From positions 639 to 64,638 of the forward strand of contig JAYVQY010000085.1 in the NCBI GenBank assembly GCA_043776715.1: a DNA stretch of 64,000 nt, given 5' to 3'. The translations under genes were made by a program, and so were the position numbers. The DNA comes from Cyclobacteriaceae bacterium (GTDB lineage: Bacteria; Bacteroidota; Bacteroidia; Cytophagales; Cyclobacteriaceae). The notes under the pieces are model-generated. The model was not told where the DNA came from and did no database searches. It worked only from the letters and a program-made list of their open reading frames with translations. Shown piece after piece: positions 37,774-46,865 of this stretch (position 1 is the first letter of the stretch; each line of letters opens with the position of its first letter).

Positions 37774-38271
37774 TTATTGAACTTCAGCAATCAGGCTTTC
37801 TAATTCCCCCTCATGCAATTCTCTTTCAACAAATTTTCGCTTCCCCGTTTTATTGTTTACCACCAAAGTGGCCGGCAATGCACCTGACCAATTCTTATCG
37901 ACTTTATCAATCCACAGATTGGGGTTTCGCTCATCTAAGATCAGCACTTGCGACAGAATTTTTTTCCGGGATACAAATTTTCTCACCTTTTCGGGGTCAG
38001 GATCAAGATCCATGTCCATGCTCACCAACCTTACGCGAACATCGTTGCGATCAGCGTTTAACTTTTCAAGCAGCGGCAACTCTTTTATACACGGGCCACA
38101 CCAGGTAGCCCAGAAATTAACTACCTGAATTTGCTCCTTTTCATTTTGGATAATTTGCTGCAGCCCCTCTAATTTCACAAGCACGGCACTTTGGCCATAG
38201 CACATTGGCCCCAAAACGACCAGCGTAAAAAGTAATCTTGCCCGCATGGAACTGACAAACGGAATTTGCAT
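37774..38271 (-). CDS. TlpA-family thiol:disulfide oxidoreductase
   Basis: 165 aa with motif WATWCGPC. An alternative ATG at 38247 gives MRARLLFTLVVLG. Confidence 0.85.
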   Translation of the reverse strand: MQIPFVSSMRARLLFTLVVLGPMCYGQSAVLVKLEGLQQIIQNEKEQIQVVNFWATWCGPCIKELPLLEKLNADRNDVRVRLVSMDMDLDPDPEKVRKFVSRKKILSQVLILDERNPNLWIDKVDKNWSGALPATLVVNNKTGKRKFVERELHEGELESLIAEVQ

Positions 38272-38768
38272 TGGTGGGTTCAGGATATGTGATAATTACG
38301 TAAAATCTGCATTCTTGATCTGGACGACAAAAGTGCTAAAATTCAGGCACTTACAAATCTTCCAAAAGAAGGCTAGAAAGAAATCCACAAAATCAAGCTT
38401 TTGTCCACATTACGAGACTGTTACCTTATATCGTCTTGATATATAAGTGGTTACGAGGCAATTGGTCAATCAGTTCTTTGTGGATATCTCTGGAGTTCAA
38501 CCAAGATCAGATGGATTCTAATGTACTAATAGTCAATTATCTACAGATGCTGTAAGCTGGTTTTGCCGGAAGACAGCAAGCTTTGATCAAGGTTCGCTCC
38601 CGATACCATTTTTGAATCTGAAGTTCTTCTTGAGAACAGCAACCAGCGGATGCAATTAGAGAATCTTAAGGGATAAGGAAATTAGCTTTTGAAAGGTTGA
38701 AATCAACTTCCTTTAGAGACTCTAATGAAAACTTACCTGAATCCCGTATATGCTGTAAAGGATGACTG

Positions 38769-39038
38769 CTATTTGAATGCGAGTTTCGCAAAGGTGGGCA
38801 TTGAAGAAGGCAAATCTGAGGAATTTGACTTAGTTACTATATTTTGTTGCTGGTGAAGCCATGAAACATAATCGTTATACAAAATACAATCGTTCAGCAA
38901 AGCATGGTCTTTCACGATCTTAATGATCTTGTCATGCTGGAAAGATTTCCAAATTTTTTGTTTTTGATCTTCCGGTAAGGAAGAGATGCGCACAAATTCT
39001 ATGCCCTTGAAATTTTCTGTCATGGCCCAAATATTCAT
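38769..39038 (-). CDS. hypothetical small protein
   Basis: 89 aa ORF with an alternative start at 39023 (MTENFKGIEFVRISSLPEDQKQKIW...). I recognise no motif. It is retained only because it fills an otherwise empty stretch and has ordinary composition. Confidence 0.35.
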   Translation of the reverse strand: MNIWAMTENFKGIEFVRISSLPEDQKQKIWKSFQHDKIIKIVKDHALLNDCILYNDYVSWLHQQQNIVTKSNSSDLPSSMPTFAKLAFK

Positions 39039-39147
39039 TCCTGGTGTTTATTTTACTTTGCTGGAATAGGTAACCTTTTCTTATACATTGCAAACAATGA
39101 AACATACGAAACAAGGTCGTTTTCCAGATGTTGGCAGCATTATCGAA

Positions 39148-40065
39148 ATGAGAAGATTGTTGCCAGCATTCCTGATAATAATTGCATTTCAAGGTTGCTC
39201 ACGCTCGGCGTCTTCCCCAGACGGTGGTAGTGAACAGCCCCGCCAGACAGAAGAATTTAAATCCTATTGGTATTCAGGCAAAGCGGAGGTGAATTCTTAC
39301 AGACTCAGCCAATCCCGTTACGGAGAAGACCGTGAAGGTAAGGCCGTCCTTATTTTTGTCGCGGAAGACTTCTCCAGGAAAAAGCAGGTAAAGCTTGATG
39401 ACCCTGCTTCAGCCCCAAGCGATAAGCTAGGTGTATTAAAAATGAATTTCACTAAGAATTTTGTAACGGGGATTTATCCCTATTCGATGATGCTTTCAGT
39501 TTTTTCTCCCATTGAGCAGGCCCCATCCTCCCACGCGGTGAAAACTACAATGAGCTCGCAAGAATGGTGCGGTCACGTGTTCTCTCAAATCAATCTTCGG
39601 GGAGACAAATATTCGTTCGTTGGACATTCTTACTTCGAAAAAGAAGGTGAAGAAAGATTTTCTTTGAAATCGAACCTTCTCGAAGACGAGCTTTGGAATC
39701 TCATTCGCCTGAACCCGGAAAATTTGCCCTTGGGCAATGTGAAATTGATTCCCGGACTTTTCTTTACAAGGCTTAAGCATTCTGATCTTAAATCCCTAAA
39801 CGCCATTCTGAGCAAAAGTGAAAGCAGTGAGGTGGTTTCCTATTCTGTCAGTATTCCGGATCAGGAAAGAAATTTGACGATCCATTATCAAAAACAATTT
39901 CCATATAAAATCCTGGGATGGGAAGAAACGTTTGAAGAGCGTGGACAAAAGCGTGAAACAAAGGCGGTGCTGGACAAGACATTGGTGATTGATTACTGGC
40001 GCAAAAACAAGAATGAATTCCAATACTTACGGGATTCCCTTGGACTTTCTCCCATTAACTATTGA
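39148..40065 (+). CDS. lipoprotein of unknown function
   Basis: The ATG at 39148 gives MRRLLPAFLIIIAFQGCS, a lipobox. The mature protein is about 290 aa with no recognised motif. Its stop lies 1 nt before the next gene's ATG. Confidence 0.6.
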   Translation: MRRLLPAFLIIIAFQGCSRSASSPDGGSEQPRQTEEFKSYWYSGKAEVNSYRLSQSRYGEDREGKAVLIFVAEDFSRKKQVKLDDPASAPSDKLGVLKMNFTKNFVTGIYPYSMMLSVFSPIEQAPSSHAVKTTMSSQEWCGHVFSQINLRGDKYSFVGHSYFEKEGEERFSLKSNLLEDELWNLIRLNPENLPLGNVKLIPGLFFTRLKHSDLKSLNAILSKSESSEVVSYSVSIPDQERNLTIHYQKQFPYKILGWEETFEERGQKRETKAVLDKTLVIDYWRKNKNEFQYLRDSLGLSPINY

Positions 40066-40066
40066 A

Positions 40067-41209
40067 ATGCAAAACCAACGAGCTAAATTCTCCATTCCAA
40101 AAGGAGTCACTTATTTGAACTGTGCTTATATGTCACCCTTGCTGAAGTCAGTGGAGAAAGCAGGCATTGTTGGGATGCAACGGAAGCGCAATCCGTTTTC
40201 TATTTCTTCCGATGATTTTTTTTCCGATTCGAAGAAATTGAGGGAGGAGTTTGCGAGGCTAATAAATTCAAAGGATTCCAACCGGATCGTGATCGTTCCA
40301 TCTGTATCATACGGACTTGCCACCGTAGTAAAAAATGTTCAGCTGAAAGCGGGAGATAAGATTATCGTGGCGGCAGAACAATTTCCAAGTAATTACTATC
40401 CGTGGCAGCGACTCACCCAGGAGACAAATTCTACTATCATCACGGTTCTACCGCCTGCAAGCCTGGAGTCGAGGGGGAAGAAGTGGAACGAGCGAATCCT
40501 TGAAGCCATTGATAGCAAAACAAAAATTGTCGCACTGGGCCACGTGCATTGGGCAGATGGAACTCGTTTCGATCTTGAGCAAATCAGAAAACGAACGCGT
40601 GATGTCGGCTCGCTGCTCATCATTGACGGTACCCAGTCGGTAGGAGCATTGCCTTTTGATGTTCAAAACATTCAACCGGATGCTTTGATATGTGGAGGGT
40701 ACAAATGGCTCATGGGGCCTTATTCAATCGGCCTGGCCTACTATGGCGAGTCTTTTGATGGCGGCAAGCCCCTGGAAGAGAACTGGATGAACCGGTTGCA
40801 CAGTGAGAATTTTACCGCCCTTATCAACTACGAAAGCAGTTATCAACCAGGATCATTGCGTTATGAAGTGGGAGAGCACAGCAACTTTATTTTAGTGCCA
40901 ATGATGCTGGAGGCACTAAAGCAAATCAATCGCTGGCAGCCGCAAAAGATTCAGCAGCATTGTCAGAAAATCTCAAAGCTGTTTGTTGATGAATTGAGAC
41001 ATACAGGATTTTGGATAGAAGATGAAAGTGCTCGAGGGGCCCACCTGTTTGGCGTTAGGTTTCCGAAGCATGTTTCTATAGAATCTGTGAAAGAAAAGAT
41101 AAAAAATAAAAAAATTTCAGTTTCCTTCAGGGGCGACTCCATGCGGGTGGCGCCCAATGTCTATAATGATCTAAAAGATTTTGAGCGGTTATTTGAAGCG
41201 CTTCAATAG
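40067..41209 (+). CDS. aminotransferase class V-fold PLP-dependent enzyme (cysteine desulfurase / epimerase-like)
   Basis: The ATG at 40067 gives MQNQRAKFSIPKGVTYLNCAYMSPLL. The PLP-lysine region is GGYKWLMGP and the overall layout is fold-type I. Confidence 0.85.
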   Translation: MQNQRAKFSIPKGVTYLNCAYMSPLLKSVEKAGIVGMQRKRNPFSISSDDFFSDSKKLREEFARLINSKDSNRIVIVPSVSYGLATVVKNVQLKAGDKIIVAAEQFPSNYYPWQRLTQETNSTIITVLPPASLESRGKKWNERILEAIDSKTKIVALGHVHWADGTRFDLEQIRKRTRDVGSLLIIDGTQSVGALPFDVQNIQPDALICGGYKWLMGPYSIGLAYYGESFDGGKPLEENWMNRLHSENFTALINYESSYQPGSLRYEVGEHSNFILVPMMLEALKQINRWQPQKIQQHCQKISKLFVDELRHTGFWIEDESARGAHLFGVRFPKHVSIESVKEKIKNKKISVSFRGDSMRVAPNVYNDLKDFERLFEALQ

Positions 41210-41262
41210 CGGATGCCAACGTACGGTAAAACCGCACTTGTTGAGGGTCTCAATTGATATTT

Positions 41263-42132
41263 CTATTCAGTGACAACGACCGCTAATTTTTTTCCATTGT
41301 TACTTGAGGCGAGCCGGGTGATACCTTTCAAAACGTTGGAGCCGGATTCTATTTCAACAGCATTCCAGTTTTGACCCTTATCAGGTTGTAGATAAAATAA
41401 TTTGGTGCCATCACTCATTACAATTTTACCACTTGGCAACCAGGTTAAATCCTCTGAACCACTTAATGTTGTTCCTACATTCGAGATTTGCATGGTCTCT
41501 GTCTGAAGCTTTTTGATCACCCATTCCTTTTCAGAGGCCTTATGAATAAAACCAATTGCGCTTTCACCAGGGATCTTGTGTAAAGACCGGCCAATATTCT
41601 CTGCAAGGGCGGCATCTTTCTTCATTGGAAGAAGGTAATAGTGAAATGTATTCGGGGTACCCAATATGAAGAGCCCAAGGTGGCTGTTGTCAGCCCATAC
41701 ATGATACCCCACAATCAAATTGTCGATCAAGACAATTGGCTCCCCGCCATCGATAGGGTATTTGCCAAGGTCTTGAGCACCATTGTCTCGCTGGATGATG
41801 CAAGACAAATACTGTCCATCGGGAGTTACAGTTGGAGAGTATTCTTTTTCCGTGGTTTCAGTAATCGATTTTGTTTGCTTTGTTTTATAATCATAGCTGC
41901 GGATATCCGTGCGACCGTCATCGTTGATCGATGAATAATAAATAATTGTTTTTTCAGGATGAAACGAAGGTTGGTTATCGTAGCCCTTATGATTTGTAAT
42001 GTTGATGGGATTTGAGATGGATACTTTATCCTTCTTTATAGAAAGGTCAAAAAGATAAATCTCAGTAGCTGGTTGCCCAAATGAAACATTTACAGCAAAG
42101 AGGGAGCATAAGCATAGAATGATTTTTTGCAT
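41263..42132 (-). CDS. PD40 / TolB-like beta-propeller periplasmic protein
   Basis: The internal ATG at 42132 gives the signal peptide MQKIILCLCSLFAVNVSFGQ. PD40-type repeats include YDNQPSFHPEKTIIYYSS and EYSPTVTPDGQYLSCI. Confidence 0.7.
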   Translation of the reverse strand: MQKIILCLCSLFAVNVSFGQPATEIYLFDLSIKKDKVSISNPINITNHKGYDNQPSFHPEKTIIYYSSINDDGRTDIRSYDYKTKQTKSITETTEKEYSPTVTPDGQYLSCIIQRDNGAQDLGKYPIDGGEPIVLIDNLIVGYHVWADNSHLGLFILGTPNTFHYYLLPMKKDAALAENIGRSLHKIPGESAIGFIHKASEKEWVIKKLQTETMQISNVGTTLSGSEDLTWLPSGKIVMSDGTKLFYLQPDKGQNWNAVEIESGSNVLKGITRLASSNNGKKLAVVVTE

Positions 42133-42134
42133 AA

Positions 42135-42142
42135 GGGGGGGG
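42135..42142. repeat. G8 homopolymer (C8 on the coding strand), 2 nt upstream of the PD40 gene ATG
   Basis: The plus strand reads cat-aa-gggggggg-tttgc. On the minus strand this is CCCCCCCC-TT-ATG. Confidence 0.9.
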
Positions 42143-42264
42143 TTTGCAGAAAGTGTATATAAATATATTGAAAAGAACTTTGCACACTCAATCAAATCGT
42201 AGTGTTCTTCGAATGGTCCGTAATCCTCAATACAACAATGGTTCCTTGATCAAATAATACAACG

Positions 42265-44802
42265 TTATTGGCCCACCATAAATACCGCATTGGAAAACAC
42301 CATCTTGCCGCTCTCCCAGAAGCTCCTGAAAAGCGGGTTGTCGACTATGTAAACGATGTTCCCCAGCCCCTTTTCTTCCACGCCCAAGACAAGACTATTG
42401 CTCATTTTCTTGTTCACCATTTGTCCTGCAAAACCCTGAATAGGTTTTGCGGTCCCTTTTATAATGCCAACGTTCCAGCCCTTTTCCAGGAATCCATAGC
42501 GGAGCTCATTGGTCTTTAAGGTATAGTACGAATCCCTCAATCCGAAAGACAATGGGTGTGATTTATCAAGGGTCACTTTATAAATAGCACCTGATATTGC
42601 GTTACTCAATTGTTTGCGTTCGGCATCTTCATAGTGCGTCAAAGCGTCTTTTTCTTTCGCTTCCTTTTCTTTTTTCTCTGCCTCTGTCTTCTCCGCTTCT
42701 GTTGCATAAGCCTTTAATGCATAGCCTTTCTTTTCGGCAAACGAAGGAAGCCCATTCGCAATGACGATGAGCCTTCCCCCACCTGAAACCCAGGAAGAAA
42801 TTTGTTCCAAAAGAGAATCGTCAAACACCCGGTAGTTTCCTTCCGGGACGATGAGGACGTCATACTTTTTGAGATCCGTATTCTTAATATACTCTGTGCC
42901 AAGTTGTGTGATCGGGTAGTGAATTTGCTGCTCAAAGAAGTGCCAAATCTCCCCTGTGTTAAGAGATGAAGTTTGCTCTCCAAAGACGATTGCTATTTTT
43001 GGTGCCTTCAAAAAATTCACGGCAGCGGAACCGAAATCTTTCCCCTTATCAACGAAGCCGGAAGTAGCCGTATGGATTTTTCGATCTTTATTTTTCGCAA
43101 GGGTTAGCACGACATTATCAAAGTCTGCAATACCCTCGTTGTTGCGTCTTGTGACAACAAGCGTTCCGGCTTCAAAATTTTGACCACCTGAAGAAAATGC
43201 CTTGCTCGCCGAACGCACTTTCACATTTTTCTGTAGAAGAGAAGCCAGGAATTCCACGTCTTTAAGGCTTTCATATTTAAAGACATATGCATAAGGCGAT
43301 GACGCAAGTGAAGAATTGTCTGCCGCTTTGGGTTCATAAGGCCTGGCTACGTTGATCCGTTCATTAAGAGCATATGCTTTCAGATTATAATTGTACATGA
43401 GATTCCACGCGGTGATATCATAGGTAGCTGAATCTGCCAATTTCGATTGTGGTTCAAATAGGGTAGTGATAAATCGTGACTTAGGTTGAAATACATTCAC
43501 GACAATATCCTCTGTTGACAAGTTAAAAGAAGCCGTTGTCTGAGTTTGATATTCAAACCCTCGGGCAGGTTTTCCTGCAGAAGGATGGCCGTATTTAATC
43601 AAATGGCTGTCCATCCATTTTGTTATCTGATTAAGGTTATCAGTGTTATTATCAGCTTTTAGCACATAAGTCTTATAGGGTGCTGCCGGGCCGTTCAAAT
43701 TTTCTTTGAAGTATTTTTCAAACTCATCCACCACCCTGGCTGCATTGAGCGAAGTAATTTCGATGGTGGATATGCCCGCCGTGTAGTGATGGGTAAGTCG
43801 ATCTTTTAAAGTAAGGGGGTCGCCTTCGCGCGTGGTGATGCTTAGTCCCCCGATGCCCCCACCCGCTTGTTCATAGGTCATTCCGATTGCACCACTATAC
43901 GTTGGGTAGGTATCGCCATAGCTGGGATAATATAAATCATACCGTTCTTTTGTGTAGTAAAGCCATCCCTGCTCATCAAAATACTTAGCATTGTTCTTGC
44001 CGATCATTGTCTGGAACTCGCGTTGCCATCTGCTGATCACTTCGTGATAGGGTTCAACGGCAGGGGCGAAGTAATAATGATTGTTATAGCCTTGTTCGTG
44101 AAAATCTACATGCACATGCGGCATCCACTCGTTATAAATTTTTATCCGTGACTGTGATTCGATTTGAGTTTCCCACGCCCAGTCGCGGTTCAGGTCAAAG
44201 AGATAGTGGTTTGCCCGTCCACCCGGCCATGGCTCACGATGTTCTTTGGCATCACTGCTGGGATTTGGCGGAAAGTTGCCATGCTGATTGTAGAAGTTGG
44301 CGTAGCGATCACGGCCATCAGGATTGATGCAAGGATCAATAATTACAATGGTATTCTTTAAAAATTCTTTTGTTTTCTCATTGGATGGATTCACCAATTC
44401 GTAAAGCGTTTTCATCGAGGATTCCATCGAATTGGCTTCGTTGCCATGAACATTATAGCTGAGCCAGACGATGCCCACCTTATTTCCTGATGGAGTTCCA
44501 TCCACGATCCCGGCGCGCTTCAAATTGTCCAGGCGAATCTGATCCAGATTGGAAAAATTTTCAGTGGAGGCAACAACGGTATATAGGAGAGGACGATGTT
44601 CGTAAGTTTCCCCATACTGCATCACTTTTACATTTGCAGAAGCCTCATCCACCTGATTGAAGTATTCCACCACGCGGTAGTGAAGGGTAAAACGATCGCC
44701 CAGTTCGTACCCCAAAAACTCAGCAGGGGATAGAATCTTTGATTGACCAAAAGCAACAAATGAAAGAACAAGTAGGAGGATGGACAATGAACCTTTCTTC
44801 AT
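42265..44802 (-). CDS. M14-family zinc carboxypeptidase with a large C-terminal extension
   Basis: 845 aa with a signal peptide. Zinc-ligand motif HGNE (YNVHGNEANS) is present, along with downstream M14 blocks (DFHEQG). Confidence 0.85.
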   Translation of the reverse strand: MKKGSLSILLLVLSFVAFGQSKILSPAEFLGYELGDRFTLHYRVVEYFNQVDEASANVKVMQYGETYEHRPLLYTVVASTENFSNLDQIRLDNLKRAGIVDGTPSGNKVGIVWLSYNVHGNEANSMESSMKTLYELVNPSNEKTKEFLKNTIVIIDPCINPDGRDRYANFYNQHGNFPPNPSSDAKEHREPWPGGRANHYLFDLNRDWAWETQIESQSRIKIYNEWMPHVHVDFHEQGYNNHYYFAPAVEPYHEVISRWQREFQTMIGKNNAKYFDEQGWLYYTKERYDLYYPSYGDTYPTYSGAIGMTYEQAGGGIGGLSITTREGDPLTLKDRLTHHYTAGISTIEITSLNAARVVDEFEKYFKENLNGPAAPYKTYVLKADNNTDNLNQITKWMDSHLIKYGHPSAGKPARGFEYQTQTTASFNLSTEDIVVNVFQPKSRFITTLFEPQSKLADSATYDITAWNLMYNYNLKAYALNERINVARPYEPKAADNSSLASSPYAYVFKYESLKDVEFLASLLQKNVKVRSASKAFSSGGQNFEAGTLVVTRRNNEGIADFDNVVLTLAKNKDRKIHTATSGFVDKGKDFGSAAVNFLKAPKIAIVFGEQTSSLNTGEIWHFFEQQIHYPITQLGTEYIKNTDLKKYDVLIVPEGNYRVFDDSLLEQISSWVSGGGRLIVIANGLPSFAEKKGYALKAYATEAEKTEAEKKEKEAKEKDALTHYEDAERKQLSNAISGAIYKVTLDKSHPLSFGLRDSYYTLKTNELRYGFLEKGWNVGIIKGTAKPIQGFAGQMVNKKMSNSLVLGVEEKGLGNIVYIVDNPLFRSFWESGKMVFSNAVFMVGQ

Positions 44803-44835
44803 GGAATAAATTTTAGCGGAACGAGAATAAGAAGT

Positions 44836-45369
44836 TCAATTCTTGTTTATCAACCTTTTTATTTGAGGGGCATGGTGCGTTACATGTTCCCTTAAAAAAA
44901 TGAGCGCTTGCCGGGCATTGAGATAACCGGCCAGTACGTGGCGATAAATTCTCCGGTTGACATATTGAGCAGGGATTTTTTCAAGCAGCAGCTTCAATTC
45001 GCCCCTCACCAGATCCCATTCATGGATGATGGTTGCATGGTCATTATATAATGTCGTGTTCTCCACCACCCTTTGAGGTGCACTGAATTTTAGACCCGGT
45101 AATCTCTGGGATATTTTTAGCACATTTATTTTCATCTCTTCCCACAAGCCGGTATCATCTGACTCTGCAACGCCTTGAATTTTCTTCTGCATGTACATCA
45201 CGGACATGCGCTCGGCCGTGATCAGATGGCTAAGAATTTGTGAAACGGACCATTTGCCGGGTTCAGGAGCCTTGTTCAATTGGTCTGCGGTCATATGACG
45301 AAGAGCATCAAGAATCGATTTGCGTTGAGATTCAATCTCGTCAAACAGTTTCTGAAAAGGAGGGTGCAT
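44836..45369 (-). CDS. DinB-family protein
   Basis: 177 aa with a four-helix DinB_2-like His pattern (SQILSHLITAE ... REHVTHHAPQI). Confidence 0.75.
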   Translation of the reverse strand: MHPPFQKLFDEIESQRKSILDALRHMTADQLNKAPEPGKWSVSQILSHLITAERMSVMYMQKKIQGVAESDDTGLWEEMKINVLKISQRLPGLKFSAPQRVVENTTLYNDHATIIHEWDLVRGELKLLLEKIPAQYVNRRIYRHVLAGYLNARQALIFLREHVTHHAPQIKRLINKN

Positions 45370-45466
45370 AGATTGATTTCATCAAAAATAAACAATGTTT
45401 TCGCATCGTTGGGTCATTCAAAACCGTTTATATAACTTGATTTCATAAACCCTAACCCCAAAAGAG

Positions 45467-45952
45467 ATGAATAATAATTACGCAGGATTCTGGCCTCGCC
45501 TGGTGGCGATTGTTATTGACTTGATTATTTTGGGCATTGCCCAATCATTTATCATCGTGCCCATATTGGCGGTGATGGGTCTTGGGTTCCTGGGAAACAT
45601 GGGAGAGATGGATATGAGTGATTCTGAAAATATTGTGGAAATGGTTGGAGCCATCATAGCAATGGCAGGCACTTATTGGATATTGGCTACCACCATCCGT
45701 ATACTTTATTTTTCATTTATGGAATCATCCAATTCACAAGCAACCCTGGGGAAGATGGCGATGGGCCTTGTGGTGACAGATATGAATGGAGGGAAACTTG
45801 ATTTTGGAAAAGCCATTGTTCGGAATATTTGTAAAATTATATCTGACTTCACTTGCCTGATCGGTTATATTATTGCTGGCTTCACTGAAAAGAAGCAAGC
45901 CTTGCACGATATCATTGCCGGGACGCTTGTTTTGAAGAAGGCGTCAGCGTAA
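45467..45952 (+). CDS. RDD-family membrane protein
   Basis: 161 aa. The pattern FWPRLVAIVIDLIILGI (R..A..D) is followed by a C-terminal ALHDIIAGTLV block. Confidence 0.75.
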   Translation: MNNNYAGFWPRLVAIVIDLIILGIAQSFIIVPILAVMGLGFLGNMGEMDMSDSENIVEMVGAIIAMAGTYWILATTIRILYFSFMESSNSQATLGKMAMGLVVTDMNGGKLDFGKAIVRNICKIISDFTCLIGYIIAGFTEKKQALHDIIAGTLVLKKASA

Positions 45953-46846
45953 AAAACCGATCTTTTTTGGTAGGATTTTAATAGAAGCAGGTAGAAACCC
46001 AATAGACTCTCCGTCTGCTTCCAGGGCACAGCTTTCATTAGCGCTTAGTTCAACCCCCGACGCTGTATGGTAGTGAACCATGGTGTCATTGATTTTCCTT
46101 TTACCCTTGATAGTCTGCAGGTACAAAAGGAATTTCCACAAAGGCACCTCACCCGCAATGAATGAATTAAAGAAGCCGTCATCGAGGCGGGCATCGGGCG
46201 CGATGTAAATTGAACTTCCAAATGATTGCCCATTTGCGATGGCAACTACCCGGGCGCTACCCAGCCATTCGTATGGAGGCATTTTGACGAAAACAGATTG
46301 TGGACGGTGCGAAATGAATGTCGAGATAATGCTGATGAAGTAGGAAAGGTCTGGCCCCCAAAGGCGGCTTCGCTTTGCCATTCTTTTTACGACCTCTGGC
46401 CCCATGCCAATGCTACAGGCATTGACAAAGTATCGGGTAATTGATTTGCCATCTTTATCCGCACAAGCGATTTTGCCAACATCAGTGAGCTTTGGTTGTG
46501 CGACTTTTAATAATTGAGTGATTTGTTCAAAATCAGCACTGATGGAACACGCTCGTGCAAAATCATTTCCACTGCCAAGGGGAATCAGGCCAATGGAAGG
46601 TAAATTATCTTCACTCGCATGGATTAGTACTCCATTGATAACCTGATGAAGTGTGCCATCTCCTCCAGCAGAAAGGATGATAGAAAATTTATTGGCTAGC
46701 GCCGCCGTCGCCAGCGACTCTGCTTGTCCAGCATATTTTGTCTCAAAAACCTCAACATGGAATTGTCGGCTCAGGTACGGAAGGATCTCTTTATAAAACT
46801 TTTTCTTTTTTCGCGAAATACCGTTGATGATGATGGCTATTTTCAT
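45944..46846 (-). CDS. diacylglycerol kinase-family lipid kinase (YegS/BmrU-like)
   Basis: 300 aa with the GGDGT motif (SAGGDGTLHQVING) and a GSGNDFAR block. Confidence 0.88.
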   Translation of the reverse strand: MKIAIIINGISRKKKKFYKEILPYLSRQFHVEVFETKYAGQAESLATAALANKFSIILSAGGDGTLHQVINGVLIHASEDNLPSIGLIPLGSGNDFARACSISADFEQITQLLKVAQPKLTDVGKIACADKDGKSITRYFVNACSIGMGPEVVKRMAKRSRLWGPDLSYFISIISTFISHRPQSVFVKMPPYEWLGSARVVAIANGQSFGSSIYIAPDARLDDGFFNSFIAGEVPLWKFLLYLQTIKGKRKINDTMVHYHTASGVELSANESCALEADGESIGFLPASIKILPKKIGFLR

Positions 46847-46865
46847 CCAATGAATTCCGTAGTTT

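Noticed and set aside
38565-38601. gccggaagacagcaag resembling the SRP RNA CCGGAAGGAAGCAGC core, and ggttcgctccc resembling a tRNA T-arm.
   Set aside because: The flanking sequence does not form the SRP domain IV helix. For the tRNA idea, no acceptor, D or anticodon stems can be drawn and the T-stem halves (caagg/ccgat) do not pair.
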